This document shows positions 7,162-16,404 of a stretch of DNA of 37,236 bases, in pieces; positions within the stretch are counted from its first letter, which is position 1; every line of letters starts with the position of its first letter. The translations under genes and the position numbers were made by a program. The stretch comes from a virus, in the UHGV virus genome UHGV-0088902, one strand, 5' to 3'. The notes under the pieces are model-generated. The model ran no database searches. It saw only the letters and a program-made list of their open reading frames with translations, and was not told the origin of the DNA.

Positions 7162-7935
7162 ATGCCAAACAGAATTATTAGAGAGAGCATATGCAGAAGT
7201 GACTCTATTGATTCTCTATCATGGTTTGAAGAAGTTTTATTTTACAGATTAATTGTAAATGCCGACGATTACGGAAGATTTGATGGAAGAGAATCCATCA
7301 TAAATGCCTATTGTTTTCCACTAAAGGAATTGAGAAATAAGCAGATCGGTGATGCCCTTAACAGCCTAGCCTCTGCTGGAATGGTTTACACCTACATGGT
7401 TGAAGCTAAACCCTTCCTTCAGATTGTGAACTGGGAGCAATACCAACAGATCCGTGCTAAAAAACCCAAATATCCTGCACCTGAAAACGATACTTGCAAT
7501 CAAATGATATCAAATGATATCAAAAGTTACCGTAATCCAATACAATCCAATCCTAATCCGAATCCTAATCCGAATCCTAATCCGAATCCTAATCCGAATC
7601 CAAGTATATATCGTGCAAACAGCAATGCAGATGTACTAGTTAAGACTGAAACCTTGGATCTTGCCGAATCGTGGTTTAACTCATTCTGGAACGTTTACCC
7701 AAAGAAAAACGACAAGAAGAAAGCAAAAGAGAGGTTTATTAAGATTTGCAAAACGGAAGAGGACTATCAAAAAATCATGGCTGGATTAAACAAGACAGTC
7801 ATTCCGCAGGCACAGGCAGAAGGTACAAAATACATTCCTCTAGCAACAACATGGCTGAATGGTGAACGCTGGGAAGATGAGCCTTATGTGCAGAGAAATA
7901 GCAAAGGGAAAGGATGGAACTTTACAGACTTATGA
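7162..7935 (+). CDS. Phage replication initiator (Rep1) with internal ori-like repeats
   Basis: N-terminal MPNRIIRESI...LIVNADDYGRF; C-terminal FWNVYPKK...YIPLATTWLNGERWEDE; (NP)n linker. Confidence 0.85.
   Translation: MPNRIIRESICRSDSIDSLSWFEEVLFYRLIVNADDYGRFDGRESIINAYCFPLKELRNKQIGDALNSLASAGMVYTYMVEAKPFLQIVNWEQYQQIRAKKPKYPAPENDTCNQMISNDIKSYRNPIQSNPNPNPNPNPNPNPNPNPSIYRANSNADVLVKTETLDLAESWFNSFWNVYPKKNDKKKAKERFIKICKTEEDYQKIMAGLNKTVIPQAQAEGTKYIPLATTWLNGERWEDEPYVQRNSKGKGWNFTDL
7496..7601 (+). repeat. Iteron-like repeats inside Rep1
   Basis: CAAATGATAT x2 (7501-7520) and 12-bp AATCCTAATCCG x4 (7549-7596). Confidence 0.8.
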
Positions 7936-8549
7936 CAAGAGAAGATGCAAAAAAGATTCTGCAAATGTTCAAAATCAGCTATCCAAACAGCTTTACAAAC
8001 ATGAACATTGACGAAGCAAAGATGTTTGTGAACCTTTGGGCTGAATCATTTTTGAACATACCTACAAAAGTTGTTTTTGATGCAGTGAAAAATTACATCT
8101 ACAACACTGATGAGAAGTTTGCACCTAACGTAGGGCAGATTAGAACTGCAATTGTGAAGAATCTGGCACCAGACGTAGAAGAGACTGCAATTCATGCCTG
8201 GGAACAGTTTCGAAAGTTTGTTTCCAACGTGGATTCGTGGTCAACAGTTGCAGAAGAAGAACCGAAGTACAAAAAACTTGATCCAATCACAAGACGATTG
8301 TACACACACAGAGAAGCTAGAAGTCTGGCACAGCTAGACAGGAATGTTCTGGAGTATCGAAGAAACGAATTCATAAGACTGTACCAGAACATTCTGTACA
8401 AAAAGAATGAAGATGCCATGAACAGAGGAGACCTTGTTACCTTAGCAGGCGGACAGGAAAGATTCGCTGCACTTGGCTATTCTACAGAAAATTTATTACA
8501 GTTAGAAGGTGGTAAAAGTGGAGCAACACGAAAAGAGCATCAAGATTGA
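7932..8549 (+). CDS. Replicative helicase loader/inhibitor (SPP1 G39P-like)
   Basis: MTREDAKKILQMFKISYP...LWAESF...AVKNYI...KFAPNVGQI; ATGA overlap with Rep1. Confidence 0.75.
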   Translation: MTREDAKKILQMFKISYPNSFTNMNIDEAKMFVNLWAESFLNIPTKVVFDAVKNYIYNTDEKFAPNVGQIRTAIVKNLAPDVEETAIHAWEQFRKFVSNVDSWSTVAEEEPKYKKLDPITRRLYTHREARSLAQLDRNVLEYRRNEFIRLYQNILYKKNEDAMNRGDLVTLAGGQERFAALGYSTENLLQLEGGKSGATRKEHQD

Positions 8550-9288
8550 GTTGTATAACGATCATTTCGAAAATGCGAAAAGATACCAAATCCCACGTGC
8601 ACAACTGATCATTGCAGACATTCCATACAACATAGGAAAAAATGCATACGGTTCACGAAGCGATTGGTATATCGGTGGAGACAACAAGAATGGAGAAAGC
8701 AGTAAGGCAAATTCTGAATTCTTTGATACAGATAAAGACTTCAAGATTTACAACTTCTTTCAATTCTGTACAAGACTTTTGAAAAAAGAACCTAAAGAAA
8801 CAGGAAAAGCACCATGCATGATTATTTTCTGCTCATGGCAGCAATTAACACCGGTTTCAGATTATGCAAAACAATTTGGCTTCAAACATTCTCAACCGTT
8901 GTTCTTCATCAAAAATTCTTCTTCACAAGTTCTTAAAGCTAACATGCGTGTTTGTGGTGCAACAGAATGTGCATTAGTTCTTTACAGAGAAAAACTACCG
9001 AAATTCAACAACAACGGAAAAATGATTCTCGACTGGTTTAAGTGGGACAGGGGGGGGAGATATCCTAAAATACATCCGACACAAAAGCCAGTTGAAGTTA
9101 TTAAACAACTAGTAGAAATATACACAGATGAATATGACGTTGTGATAGATCCAGTAGCTGGTAGTGGTAGCACACTAAGAGCATGTGCTGAACTAAACAG
9201 ATCATGTTATGGGTTTGAAATCAAGAAAGATTTTTACAAGCTGGCAAAAGAAAAGATGCTAACAAACGTAACCCCACAATTATTTTGA
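8509..9288 (+). CDS. DNA N6-adenine/N4-cytosine methyltransferase (beta class, orphan)
   Basis: IADIPY (motif IV variant) before HPTQKP and DPVAGSGST (motif I). Confidence 0.9.
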   Translation: MVKVEQHEKSIKIELYNDHFENAKRYQIPRAQLIIADIPYNIGKNAYGSRSDWYIGGDNKNGESSKANSEFFDTDKDFKIYNFFQFCTRLLKKEPKETGKAPCMIIFCSWQQLTPVSDYAKQFGFKHSQPLFFIKNSSSQVLKANMRVCGATECALVLYREKLPKFNNNGKMILDWFKWDRGGRYPKIHPTQKPVEVIKQLVEIYTDEYDVVIDPVAGSGSTLRACAELNRSCYGFEIKKDFYKLAKEKMLTNVTPQLF

Positions 9289-9301
9289 AAAAGGAGAAAA
9301 A

Positions 9302-10051
9302 ATGTCAAAAATTAGAGGATTTGAACTTGTAAAAGAAGAAGCAAGACAGAATCATGTGAAATGCATTCTGATGCCGAAGAGAAGCACAAAACACAGTGCA
9401 GGATATGACTTCTTTCTTCCAAAGAATGTTGCTATTCTGCCACATAGTACAACATCACTATGGACAGACGTTAAGGCATACATGCAGAAAGATGAAGCAT
9501 TACAGCTGCATATCAGAAGCTCAATTGGAAAGCGAGGAATCATTCTCAGCAACTGCACAGGCATCATTGACAGTGATTATTACAGCAATCCTACCAACGA
9601 TGGAAACATTGGAATCATGCTTCGCAACATGACAGATGAAGTAATCGAATTGATGGGTGGTGAGAAGATCATGCAGGGAATCTTTACAAAGTTCCTTCTG
9701 GCAGACAAAAAGACCGATGAGTTCACAGATATTCAAGAAATGATAAGAAGGAAAGCAGTTGCACAGTACTATGTTCATTCAAAGCTGGACAGAAAAGTAC
9801 TCATCATGCAACTAGCTGAGGAATCTGCAGAACTATCACAGACATGTCTCAAATACCTAAGATCCCTTGAAGAAACAAATCTATGTGAGGAACAGGACAT
9901 GAGCAGCATTATTGAGGAATACTCAGATGTGGTAAATGTAGTTGAAACTGCATGGATCCATCCAGATTATGAAATTATCACTCGCAAAGCAGAACGCTGG
10001 GCAGACAGACTGAAAGCATTAGAAGAAAGGAAAGGTGCAAATTATGAATGA
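9302..10051 (+). CDS. dut: Trimeric dUTPase domain fused to a MazG-like pyrophosphatase domain
   Basis: SAGYDF, RSSIG, GIIDSDYY and IMQGIF (motifs I-IV); C-terminal QLAEESAELSQ...IIEEYSDV (MazG-like acidic motif). Confidence 0.8.
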   Translation: MSKIRGFELVKEEARQNHVKCILMPKRSTKHSAGYDFFLPKNVAILPHSTTSLWTDVKAYMQKDEALQLHIRSSIGKRGIILSNCTGIIDSDYYSNPTNDGNIGIMLRNMTDEVIELMGGEKIMQGIFTKFLLADKKTDEFTDIQEMIRRKAVAQYYVHSKLDRKVLIMQLAEESAELSQTCLKYLRSLEETNLCEEQDMSSIIEEYSDVVNVVETAWIHPDYEIITRKAERWADRLKALEERKGANYE

Positions 10052-10238
10052 AAAAAAGGCTCTAGAGGTGCATCATTTTGAAAAACCATTGGATATTCCA
10101 TCCTTTGCAAGAAGAAAGGAAACAGTTGAAGAAGAAACAGTACAGACTATCAGCAATAGTGATGTTGCACTGATTTGTTTCCTGACACTTGCAATTCTCA
10201 CACTTGTAGCTATTCAGCTGGGAGTATTGATGATATGA
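10044..10238 (+). CDS. Small membrane protein
   Basis: C-terminal hydrophobic helix VALICFLTLAILTLVAIQLGVLMI. Confidence 0.65.
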   Translation: MNEKKALEVHHFEKPLDIPSFARRKETVEEETVQTISNSDVALICFLTLAILTLVAIQLGVLMI

Positions 10239-10429
10239 CATTCACTGCAAGTATTAAATTCCTTCAGAAGAAAAACAAGGCTTTAAGAAAGTTGGTCTCA
10301 GATCTAGAAGAACTGAATGCAAAGCAGTTCGATGAGTTGCACAAAGCACAGCTCCGCATTCAGCGACTTGAAAGCGAGAATGCAGAATTAAGAATGGAGA
10401 ATGATTCGCTATATGGAAATAAATTGTAA
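10235..10429 (+). CDS. Small coiled-coil protein, paralogue of 6744..6917
   Basis: HKAQLRIQRLESENAELRM versus HEAQIRIQYLENENSMLRL. Confidence 0.7.
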   Translation: MTFTASIKFLQKKNKALRKLVSDLEELNAKQFDELHKAQLRIQRLESENAELRMENDSLYGNKL

Positions 10430-10646
10430 CTTATGGAAGGAGATGGAAGCCATGCAAAGTAACTTTCACCTAGATGCATATGAAGTAGATGCAGTAACAC
10501 AGCAGGGTAGACCTGTTCGATTCGATATTACAGATGGATGCAATGGCAAGTATCTAATCCATACAGAACATGACCAACTATATGTAGACAAGTCAGCGCT
10601 GATTGAAGTTATGCAACTGATTGAAAATGAGAAAGCAGGAGAATGA
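10413..10646 (+). CDS. Hypothetical protein, paralogue of 6907..7149
   Basis: MEINCNLWKEMEAMQSNFHLDAY aligns with MAVNWNLLKEVRKMQKNYHLDAY. Confidence 0.75.
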   Translation: MEINCNLWKEMEAMQSNFHLDAYEVDAVTQQGRPVRFDITDGCNGKYLIHTEHDQLYVDKSALIEVMQLIENEKAGE

Positions 10647-10882
10647 AACATATGTATATGTGCAGTAAAAATAATGGCTCATTGGCAAAGCAACGCTGTA
10701 TCCATGAAGAAGAAGTGACAGATCAGGATATCTATGATCTAAGCGCACAGATAGTAACTGCATTCTGCTACATTCTGAACGAGGCAGAAGATGCTGACAA
10801 GGACGTTTATGACAAGATGATGGCACGCAGAAGTCAAGAACTGATTGATGATATTACAGAAATTATAGAGGACAGAAGATAA
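10643..10882 (+). CDS. Hypothetical protein
   Basis: RBS AGGAG, ATGA overlap, in the early operon. Confidence 0.65.
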   Translation: MKHMYMCSKNNGSLAKQRCIHEEEVTDQDIYDLSAQIVTAFCYILNEAEDADKDVYDKMMARRSQELIDDITEIIEDRR

Positions 10883-10888
10883 AAGAAA

Positions 10889-11587
10889 ATGGCGATTAGA
10901 TACGGCAAGAGCCTGTACAAGTCTAACGATGTCTATAAAGTCCATCACTACAAGAATCGTGGTGAATGGTTAAAAGCACGTTCAGAGCTTCATGGAATTG
11001 GTGGAAGTGACGCATCAACAACAATGAGCATGAACAAGTGGAGAACTAATCTCGAATTGTGGCAAATCAAAACAGGAAGGGCAACAGCTCCTAACATTAG
11101 CGACAAGCCATATGTCAAATACGGACAGAATGCAGAAGAATACATTCGCAGATTGTTTCAATTGAAGTTCAAGGACAAATATGAAATTCAATACCAAGAC
11201 GATACGATTCTACAGAATGTCAAATGTCCTTGGATGCTTTATTCACCGGACGGCTTAATCGTTGAAAAAGACACAGGTAGAAAAGGAATCTTTGAGTGTA
11301 AGACAACAACAATCGTTAGGTCATACGACAAGGAAAAGTGGAACAAGCATGTTCCTGATAACTACTACATTCAAGTGTTACATGGCTTAAATGTTACAGG
11401 CTTTGACTTTGTTGATCTGTATGCGGAACTAACATTTGACGATGATTACAGCCAGCTAAGACGCTACCACATAGAACGTGATGACGTTCTCGATGACTTG
11501 ATGGCTGTATCATCAAGCGTCACAACATTCTGGAAAGAATATGTTGAAACAGACAAAGAACCACCACTAATCATTCAAGGCTTATAG
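10889..11587 (+). CDS. YqaJ-family exonuclease
   Basis: GIGGSDA, YSPDG, FECKT and YYIQV motifs. Confidence 0.92.
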   Translation: MAIRYGKSLYKSNDVYKVHHYKNRGEWLKARSELHGIGGSDASTTMSMNKWRTNLELWQIKTGRATAPNISDKPYVKYGQNAEEYIRRLFQLKFKDKYEIQYQDDTILQNVKCPWMLYSPDGLIVEKDTGRKGIFECKTTTIVRSYDKEKWNKHVPDNYYIQVLHGLNVTGFDFVDLYAELTFDDDYSQLRRYHIERDDVLDDLMAVSSSVTTFWKEYVETDKEPPLIIQGL

Positions 11588-11630
11588 CTAATCATTCAAG
11601 GCTTATAAAAAGAAGAAGGAAGAAGAACAA

Positions 11631-12548
11631 ATGGAAGAACAAGCACAAGTTTCTAGTGAACTAGAAGTTAGAGTTGAATCGAAAGTCGGTTTGTTGAATT
11701 GGAATTTTGAACAACTCAACGAACAACTGGACATTCAGTTAAAGAAATATCAAGGATTGCAGTTCTCTAGCGAAGAAATGCAAGAAGCTAAAAAGACAAG
11801 AGCCAATTTAAATAGAGTTGCCAAGCAACTCAACGATGAAAAGATCAAGCGCAAGAAAGAATTCTGCAAGCCATACGATGACTTTGCTGACCAAGTTAAA
11901 CAGCTAACTACAAAAATCAAAGCATGTTCAGACGACATTGATGTTCAAATCAAAGCGTATGAAGAAGCGAGAAAAGCAGAGAAGAAGAAAGAAATTGAGG
12001 AATACTGGAACCAGTTCAAGCTTGCGTTACCTATTCCTTTTGAAAAGGTTTTTGAAGAGAAGTATCTAAATGCAACGTGTTCAAGTGCTCAATGGCAAGC
12101 AGATTTGGAATCTAAGAGAAAGCAAATCGACAACGATTTAACTAATATCGCATTTACAAAAGATATAGATCAATTGAATTTCATGTCAGTTGACTATCTA
12201 AAGACATTGAATCTTTCAACAACATTGAGTAACTGGCACGAGCATGTAGAACAACTAAAGAAAGCCGAAGAATTCAAAGCACAATCAGAAGCTCGCAGAA
12301 AGCAACAGGAGACGCAAAACGATACAAAGGTAGAAACACTCGCACAACCTGTAAACCCTTCTAAAAACGAAGAAAAAGTGGCAAAAACAGAGGATTACGA
12401 GCAGTTACAACCTACTGATTATCTATATTCACCAACATTCAAGATTCTAGACGCTACATATGAGCAAATGATGGAACTAACAAAGTTCTTTAAGAACAAC
12501 GGAATCAGATTCCAAAGCATCGCAAAAGAAAAGAAAGTAAGAGGATAA
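11631..12548 (+). CDS. DUF1351-like coiled-coil protein
   Basis: AKKTRANLN...KKEFCKPYDDF...IDVQIKAYEE; lies between YqaJ and RecT. Confidence 0.75.
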   Translation: MEEQAQVSSELEVRVESKVGLLNWNFEQLNEQLDIQLKKYQGLQFSSEEMQEAKKTRANLNRVAKQLNDEKIKRKKEFCKPYDDFADQVKQLTTKIKACSDDIDVQIKAYEEARKAEKKKEIEEYWNQFKLALPIPFEKVFEEKYLNATCSSAQWQADLESKRKQIDNDLTNIAFTKDIDQLNFMSVDYLKTLNLSTTLSNWHEHVEQLKKAEEFKAQSEARRKQQETQNDTKVETLAQPVNPSKNEEKVAKTEDYEQLQPTDYLYSPTFKILDATYEQMMELTKFFKNNGIRFQSIAKEKKVRG

Positions 12549-12560
12549 AAAGAAAACATT

Positions 12561-13430
12561 ATGACAGTAACAAATTCTTTAGCAAAGAAAGCAACATCAG
12601 CAGGATTGAAACACATTCCTTTCCAGCAGATCATCAAGTCTACAAGTGTACAGGAAAACATCATGTCCACACTTGGAGATGCAGCAAGAACAAAGAGATT
12701 TACAGCTGCTTTAATTTCAGCAGTTAGCACAAACCCACAACTTCAAGAATGCTCTGGAGTATCAACAATCAGTGCAGCACTATTAGGTGAATCACTAAAT
12801 TTAAGTCCAAGTCCACAGTTAGGGCAGTACTACATGGTGCCATTCAATGACAAGAGCAAAGGCAAGGTAGCTACATTTCAGCTAGGTTACAAAGGAATGA
12901 TTCAGCTAGCTATTCGTTCAGGTCAATACAAGAAGTTAAATGTAATCGCAGTTAAAGAAGGCGAGCTAAAAGGATTCGATCCTTTCAACGAAGAAATCGA
13001 AGTTCAAGTTATCGAAAATCCTGATGAAAGAGAGAAGGCTAAAACAATCGGCTACTATGCAATGTTTGAATTAGTAAACGGATTCAAGAAATCAATGTAT
13101 TGGAGCAAGGCAAAGATGGAAGCACATGCTGAAAAATACAGTATGGGTTACAAGGCTCACAAAGGCTATACATTCTGGGAAAAAGATTTTGATGGCATGG
13201 CTTACAAGACAATGTTAAGACAGCTAATTAGCAAGTGGGGAATCATGTCAATTGAAATGCAAACAGCATACACAAACGATATGACTTTCAAAGAATCAAC
13301 AAGTCAAGAAGAAGCACCAACATACATTGAAGCCGAAGGAGCAACAGAAACAGTCCAAGCAATTGATGCAGAAACAGGTGAAGTCCAAAGCGAAGCACCT
13401 GCAGAAGAAGAAAGCGAGAGCTTAATTTGA
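12561..13430 (+). CDS. recT: RecT-family single-strand annealing recombinase
   Basis: LSPSPQLGQYYMVPF, ATFQLGYKGMIQLAIRSGQY, FDGMAYKTMLRQL. Confidence 0.92.
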   Translation: MTVTNSLAKKATSAGLKHIPFQQIIKSTSVQENIMSTLGDAARTKRFTAALISAVSTNPQLQECSGVSTISAALLGESLNLSPSPQLGQYYMVPFNDKSKGKVATFQLGYKGMIQLAIRSGQYKKLNVIAVKEGELKGFDPFNEEIEVQVIENPDEREKAKTIGYYAMFELVNGFKKSMYWSKAKMEAHAEKYSMGYKAHKGYTFWEKDFDGMAYKTMLRQLISKWGIMSIEMQTAYTNDMTFKESTSQEEAPTYIEAEGATETVQAIDAETGEVQSEAPAEEESESLI

Positions 13431-13915
13431 GAATCCTTGCAATAGATCCAGGCAATCAGCAGAGCGCTTATGCTTTGCTGGATGCTGATCTACGACCTGT
13501 TAAGTTTGCGAAGAAACCTAACGATGAAGTGATGAAGGACTGCATCACCATCTTAGAAGAAAACACAACGGTTGTTGTTATTGAAATGATCGCATCTTAC
13601 GGAATGGCAGTTGGTAAAGAAGTATTTGATACTTGCGTATGGATTGGAAGATTTATTGAACGATTAGCTCCGGAAACATACAAGCTTATCTATCGAAGAG
13701 AAGAAAAAGAAAATCTATGCGGAAGTATGAGAGCAAAGGATTCAAACATCAGACAAGCACTAATAGACAGATTCGGAGTTGTAGGTACAAAAAAGAATCC
13801 CGGATGGTTCTATGGAGTATCTAAAGACGTATGGGCGGCAATCGCAGTAGGTGTTACATATCACGACAAAGTAGAAGAAGAAAGAAGGTTAAAGCTGATA
13901 AATGACAAGTATTAA
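13427..13915 (+). CDS. RuvC-like Holliday junction resolvase
   Basis: ILAIDPG, VVIE and a C-terminal D-x-W-AAIA helix (RNase H fold pattern). Confidence 0.75.
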   Translation: MRILAIDPGNQQSAYALLDADLRPVKFAKKPNDEVMKDCITILEENTTVVVIEMIASYGMAVGKEVFDTCVWIGRFIERLAPETYKLIYRREEKENLCGSMRAKDSNIRQALIDRFGVVGTKKNPGWFYGVSKDVWAAIAVGVTYHDKVEEERRLKLINDKY

Positions 13916-14360
13916 TAAGTGGATTGGCACAGGTCGTCTAGGCAAAGACATCGAAGTAATGCAAACACAATCAGGAATTGCAGTTACTAGCTTTTCAATT
14001 GCTTGCGAACGAATGAAAAAGCAAGGGCAACAGCAAGCTGATACAGATTGGATTGACTGCCAAGCGTGGAGACACACTGCTGAATTCTTAGGAAACTACG
14101 CTCATAAAGGCGACAAGCTAGCTATCGAAGGACATTTGCAGAAGGAAAGCTATCAAGACAAAGACGGTAAGACAGTCTATTCAACAAAAGTAGTTGTTGA
14201 TAATGTTGAAATCTTGATGCAGACAAAAGCGAAAGATGATAAGCCATACTATGGAAAATCAATAAAAAAAGAAGATATCCAACCAATGACACCGGAAGAA
14301 GTTGCAGAATCCGCCAAGGATCAAGGATTCGAAATAAACCCTGACGACTTGCCATTCTAA
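13902..14360 (+). CDS. ssb: Single-stranded DNA-binding protein
   Basis: GRLGKD, DWIDCQAW and acidic tail DDLPF. Confidence 0.95.
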   Translation: MTSINKWIGTGRLGKDIEVMQTQSGIAVTSFSIACERMKKQGQQQADTDWIDCQAWRHTAEFLGNYAHKGDKLAIEGHLQKESYQDKDGKTVYSTKVVVDNVEILMQTKAKDDKPYYGKSIKKEDIQPMTPEEVAESAKDQGFEINPDDLPF

Positions 14361-14376
14361 AGAGATACAAAACAAT

Positions 14377-15294
14377 ATGACAGATAAGAAATATTATTGG
14401 ATAAAGTTAAAAACTAACTTCTTTAATACAGATGTAATTGAGTTCTTATTGTCTCAAAAAAATGGCTGTGAGTATGTTGTTCTGTATCAAATGCTGTGTT
14501 TAAAAACTGCTAATACAAATGGTTCATTGAAAAGTGAAATCGGTGAAATGATTGTTCCGTTTACGGTTGACAAGATTGTAAGAGATACAAAGTACTTTGA
14601 TACAGATACGGTTGTTGTGGCTTTGGAACTTTATAAGAAACTAGGCTTAATTTATGAAGGCAAAGACAATTGTTTAATGATTTCAAATTACAGTGAAATG
14701 GTCGGCAGTGAAACAGATTATGCATTAAAGAAACGAGCATATAGAGAAAAGAGAAAACTATTACAAAGTAGTGGACAATGTATAGGACAAATTGAGGACA
14801 ATGTCCGACAAGAGTATAGAGATAAGAGTAAAGAGTATAGAGATAAGAGTAAAGAGTATAGAGATAAGAGTATAGATAAAGAGATAGAAAGAAATACTTC
14901 TGCATCGAGCGATGAAAAAAATCACTCTCAGCCTTCAACAATGCCTTCCGTTATCGAATTGATTCTTAACGACAAATCATTATTTCCAGTTCATCAAGAC
15001 GATATTGATTTGTGGAGTGAACTATATCCATCTGTAGATATCATGCAGGAACTGAGAAAAATGAAAGGCTGGCTAGATTCTAATCCAACTAAAAGAAAAA
15101 CAAAGAATGGTATTAAAAGATTCATTAATAGTTGGCTTTCTAGAGAACAAGACAGAGGATATCCAACACAATATCAAGATCAAATGCCCGACTACATGAA
15201 GAAACAAGAGAAAGGAGATATTGTCTCTACACCAGTTAGTGATGAAACATTAGCAAAAGCATTAGAACTACAGAGACAATTTAAAGGAAAATGA
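14377..15294 (+). CDS. Second replication initiator (replisome organiser N-terminal family, Rep2)
   Basis: KKYYWIKLKTNFF...MVGSET; C-terminal YPSVDIMQELRKMKGWLDSNPTKRKT...FINSWLSREQD. Confidence 0.88.
   Translation: MTDKKYYWIKLKTNFFNTDVIEFLLSQKNGCEYVVLYQMLCLKTANTNGSLKSEIGEMIVPFTVDKIVRDTKYFDTDTVVVALELYKKLGLIYEGKDNCLMISNYSEMVGSETDYALKKRAYREKRKLLQSSGQCIGQIEDNVRQEYRDKSKEYRDKSKEYRDKSIDKEIERNTSASSDEKNHSQPSTMPSVIELILNDKSLFPVHQDDIDLWSELYPSVDIMQELRKMKGWLDSNPTKRKTKNGIKRFINSWLSREQDRGYPTQYQDQMPDYMKKQEKGDIVSTPVSDETLAKALELQRQFKGK
14773..14892 (+). repeat. Iteron-like repeats inside Rep2
   Basis: GGACAA x3 at about 11-12-bp spacing, then 21-bp AAGAGTATAGAGATAAGAGTA x3 (EYRDKSK). Confidence 0.8.
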
Positions 15295-15704
15295 ACTACT
15301 GGAAACAATTTGCAGAAATGCTAGGTCTTGAACTTGAACAAGAGTTCGTAATAACGGATTTAGATGGCAAAAGACAAGATACTTTTACGTACAAATTTAC
15401 AGAAGATGGTCTTTCAATCAAAAAGCCAACAATCATAGGTGTGCTTAATAGAATGCCAGCAATATTTACCAATGTTTTAGATGGCGATTACAAAGTAGTG
15501 CCTAAACCATTGAAGCCTAAAAAAGGAGAAGCGTATTGGCACTACTCAAAAGGGTGGGAACAAGCAACTTTTCGCAATTGGGAAGGAACCAGTGATGATT
15601 TGTGTACATGGAAGTGTGGAAGCTGTTTTAGAACCGAGGAAGAAGCAAACACCAAAGGAAAGGAAATTATTGAACAGCTTCAGAAGGAGTACGAAGAAGC
15701 ATGA
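15291..15704 (+). CDS. Hypothetical protein (tandem paralogue A)
   Basis: MNYWKQFAEMLGLE...WKCGSCFRTEEEA. Confidence 0.8.
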   Translation: MNYWKQFAEMLGLELEQEFVITDLDGKRQDTFTYKFTEDGLSIKKPTIIGVLNRMPAIFTNVLDGDYKVVPKPLKPKKGEAYWHYSKGWEQATFRNWEGTSDDLCTWKCGSCFRTEEEANTKGKEIIEQLQKEYEEA

Positions 15705-16117
15705 ATTACTGGAAACAATTTTCAGAAATGTTAGGGCTTGAATTTGGAGAAGAGTTCGTACTAAAAGATGATGGTGGCAAAAGAATAGATAAGTGTACAT
15801 ACAGAATTACAGAAAATGGAGTTTTATACAAAGAACCACCAGTTATTGGCTGGTCAAGTTATTCGTTAGACATCATTGGAAGTCTTTTATATGGTGATGT
15901 TAAAGCAGTTCCTAAGCCATGGAAGCCTAAAATTAACGAACAATATTGGTACTGTTCGACAATATGCGAACCCGTTGCAATTGCAATGACTTGGGGAGGC
16001 TTTTCCAACGACTTATGCAGATGGAAGTGTGGGGACTGTTTCAAAACAAAGAAAGAAGCGGAAATTAAAGGTAAGCAAATTATGGAGCAAATCGCAAAGG
16101 AGCTTGAGGAAGAATGA
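15701..16117 (+). CDS. Hypothetical protein (tandem paralogue B)
   Basis: MNYWKQFSEMLGLE...WKCGDCFKTKKEA. Confidence 0.8.
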   Translation: MNYWKQFSEMLGLEFGEEFVLKDDGGKRIDKCTYRITENGVLYKEPPVIGWSSYSLDIIGSLLYGDVKAVPKPWKPKINEQYWYCSTICEPVAIAMTWGGFSNDLCRWKCGDCFKTKKEAEIKGKQIMEQIAKELEEE

Positions 16118-16404
16118 GTAAGTATACAGAAGCGATGAGCAGCATCATCTACACTATGCACTTCCGTGTAAAGCCTAAATACTTAGGCCATGTTGAAGAT
16201 GAAAATATGGATCTGATGTATGAACTGGCTGAGAAAGCTTCTCCGATGAAGCCTAAAAATCAAAATATTAATGAAGACGTTAGATATACCAATTGGTATT
16301 GTCCTAGATGTGGAGAACAGCATCGGAACTTATATCCACTGAATTATTGCAGTCACTGCGGGCAAGCAATTGATTGGAGCGATCATGGCCACAATAAAAT
16401 TTGA
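16114..16404 (+). CDS. Zinc-ribbon protein
   Basis: CPRCG...YCSHCGQAIDW. Confidence 0.8.
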   Translation: MSKYTEAMSSIIYTMHFRVKPKYLGHVEDENMDLMYELAEKASPMKPKNQNINEDVRYTNWYCPRCGEQHRNLYPLNYCSHCGQAIDWSDHGHNKI

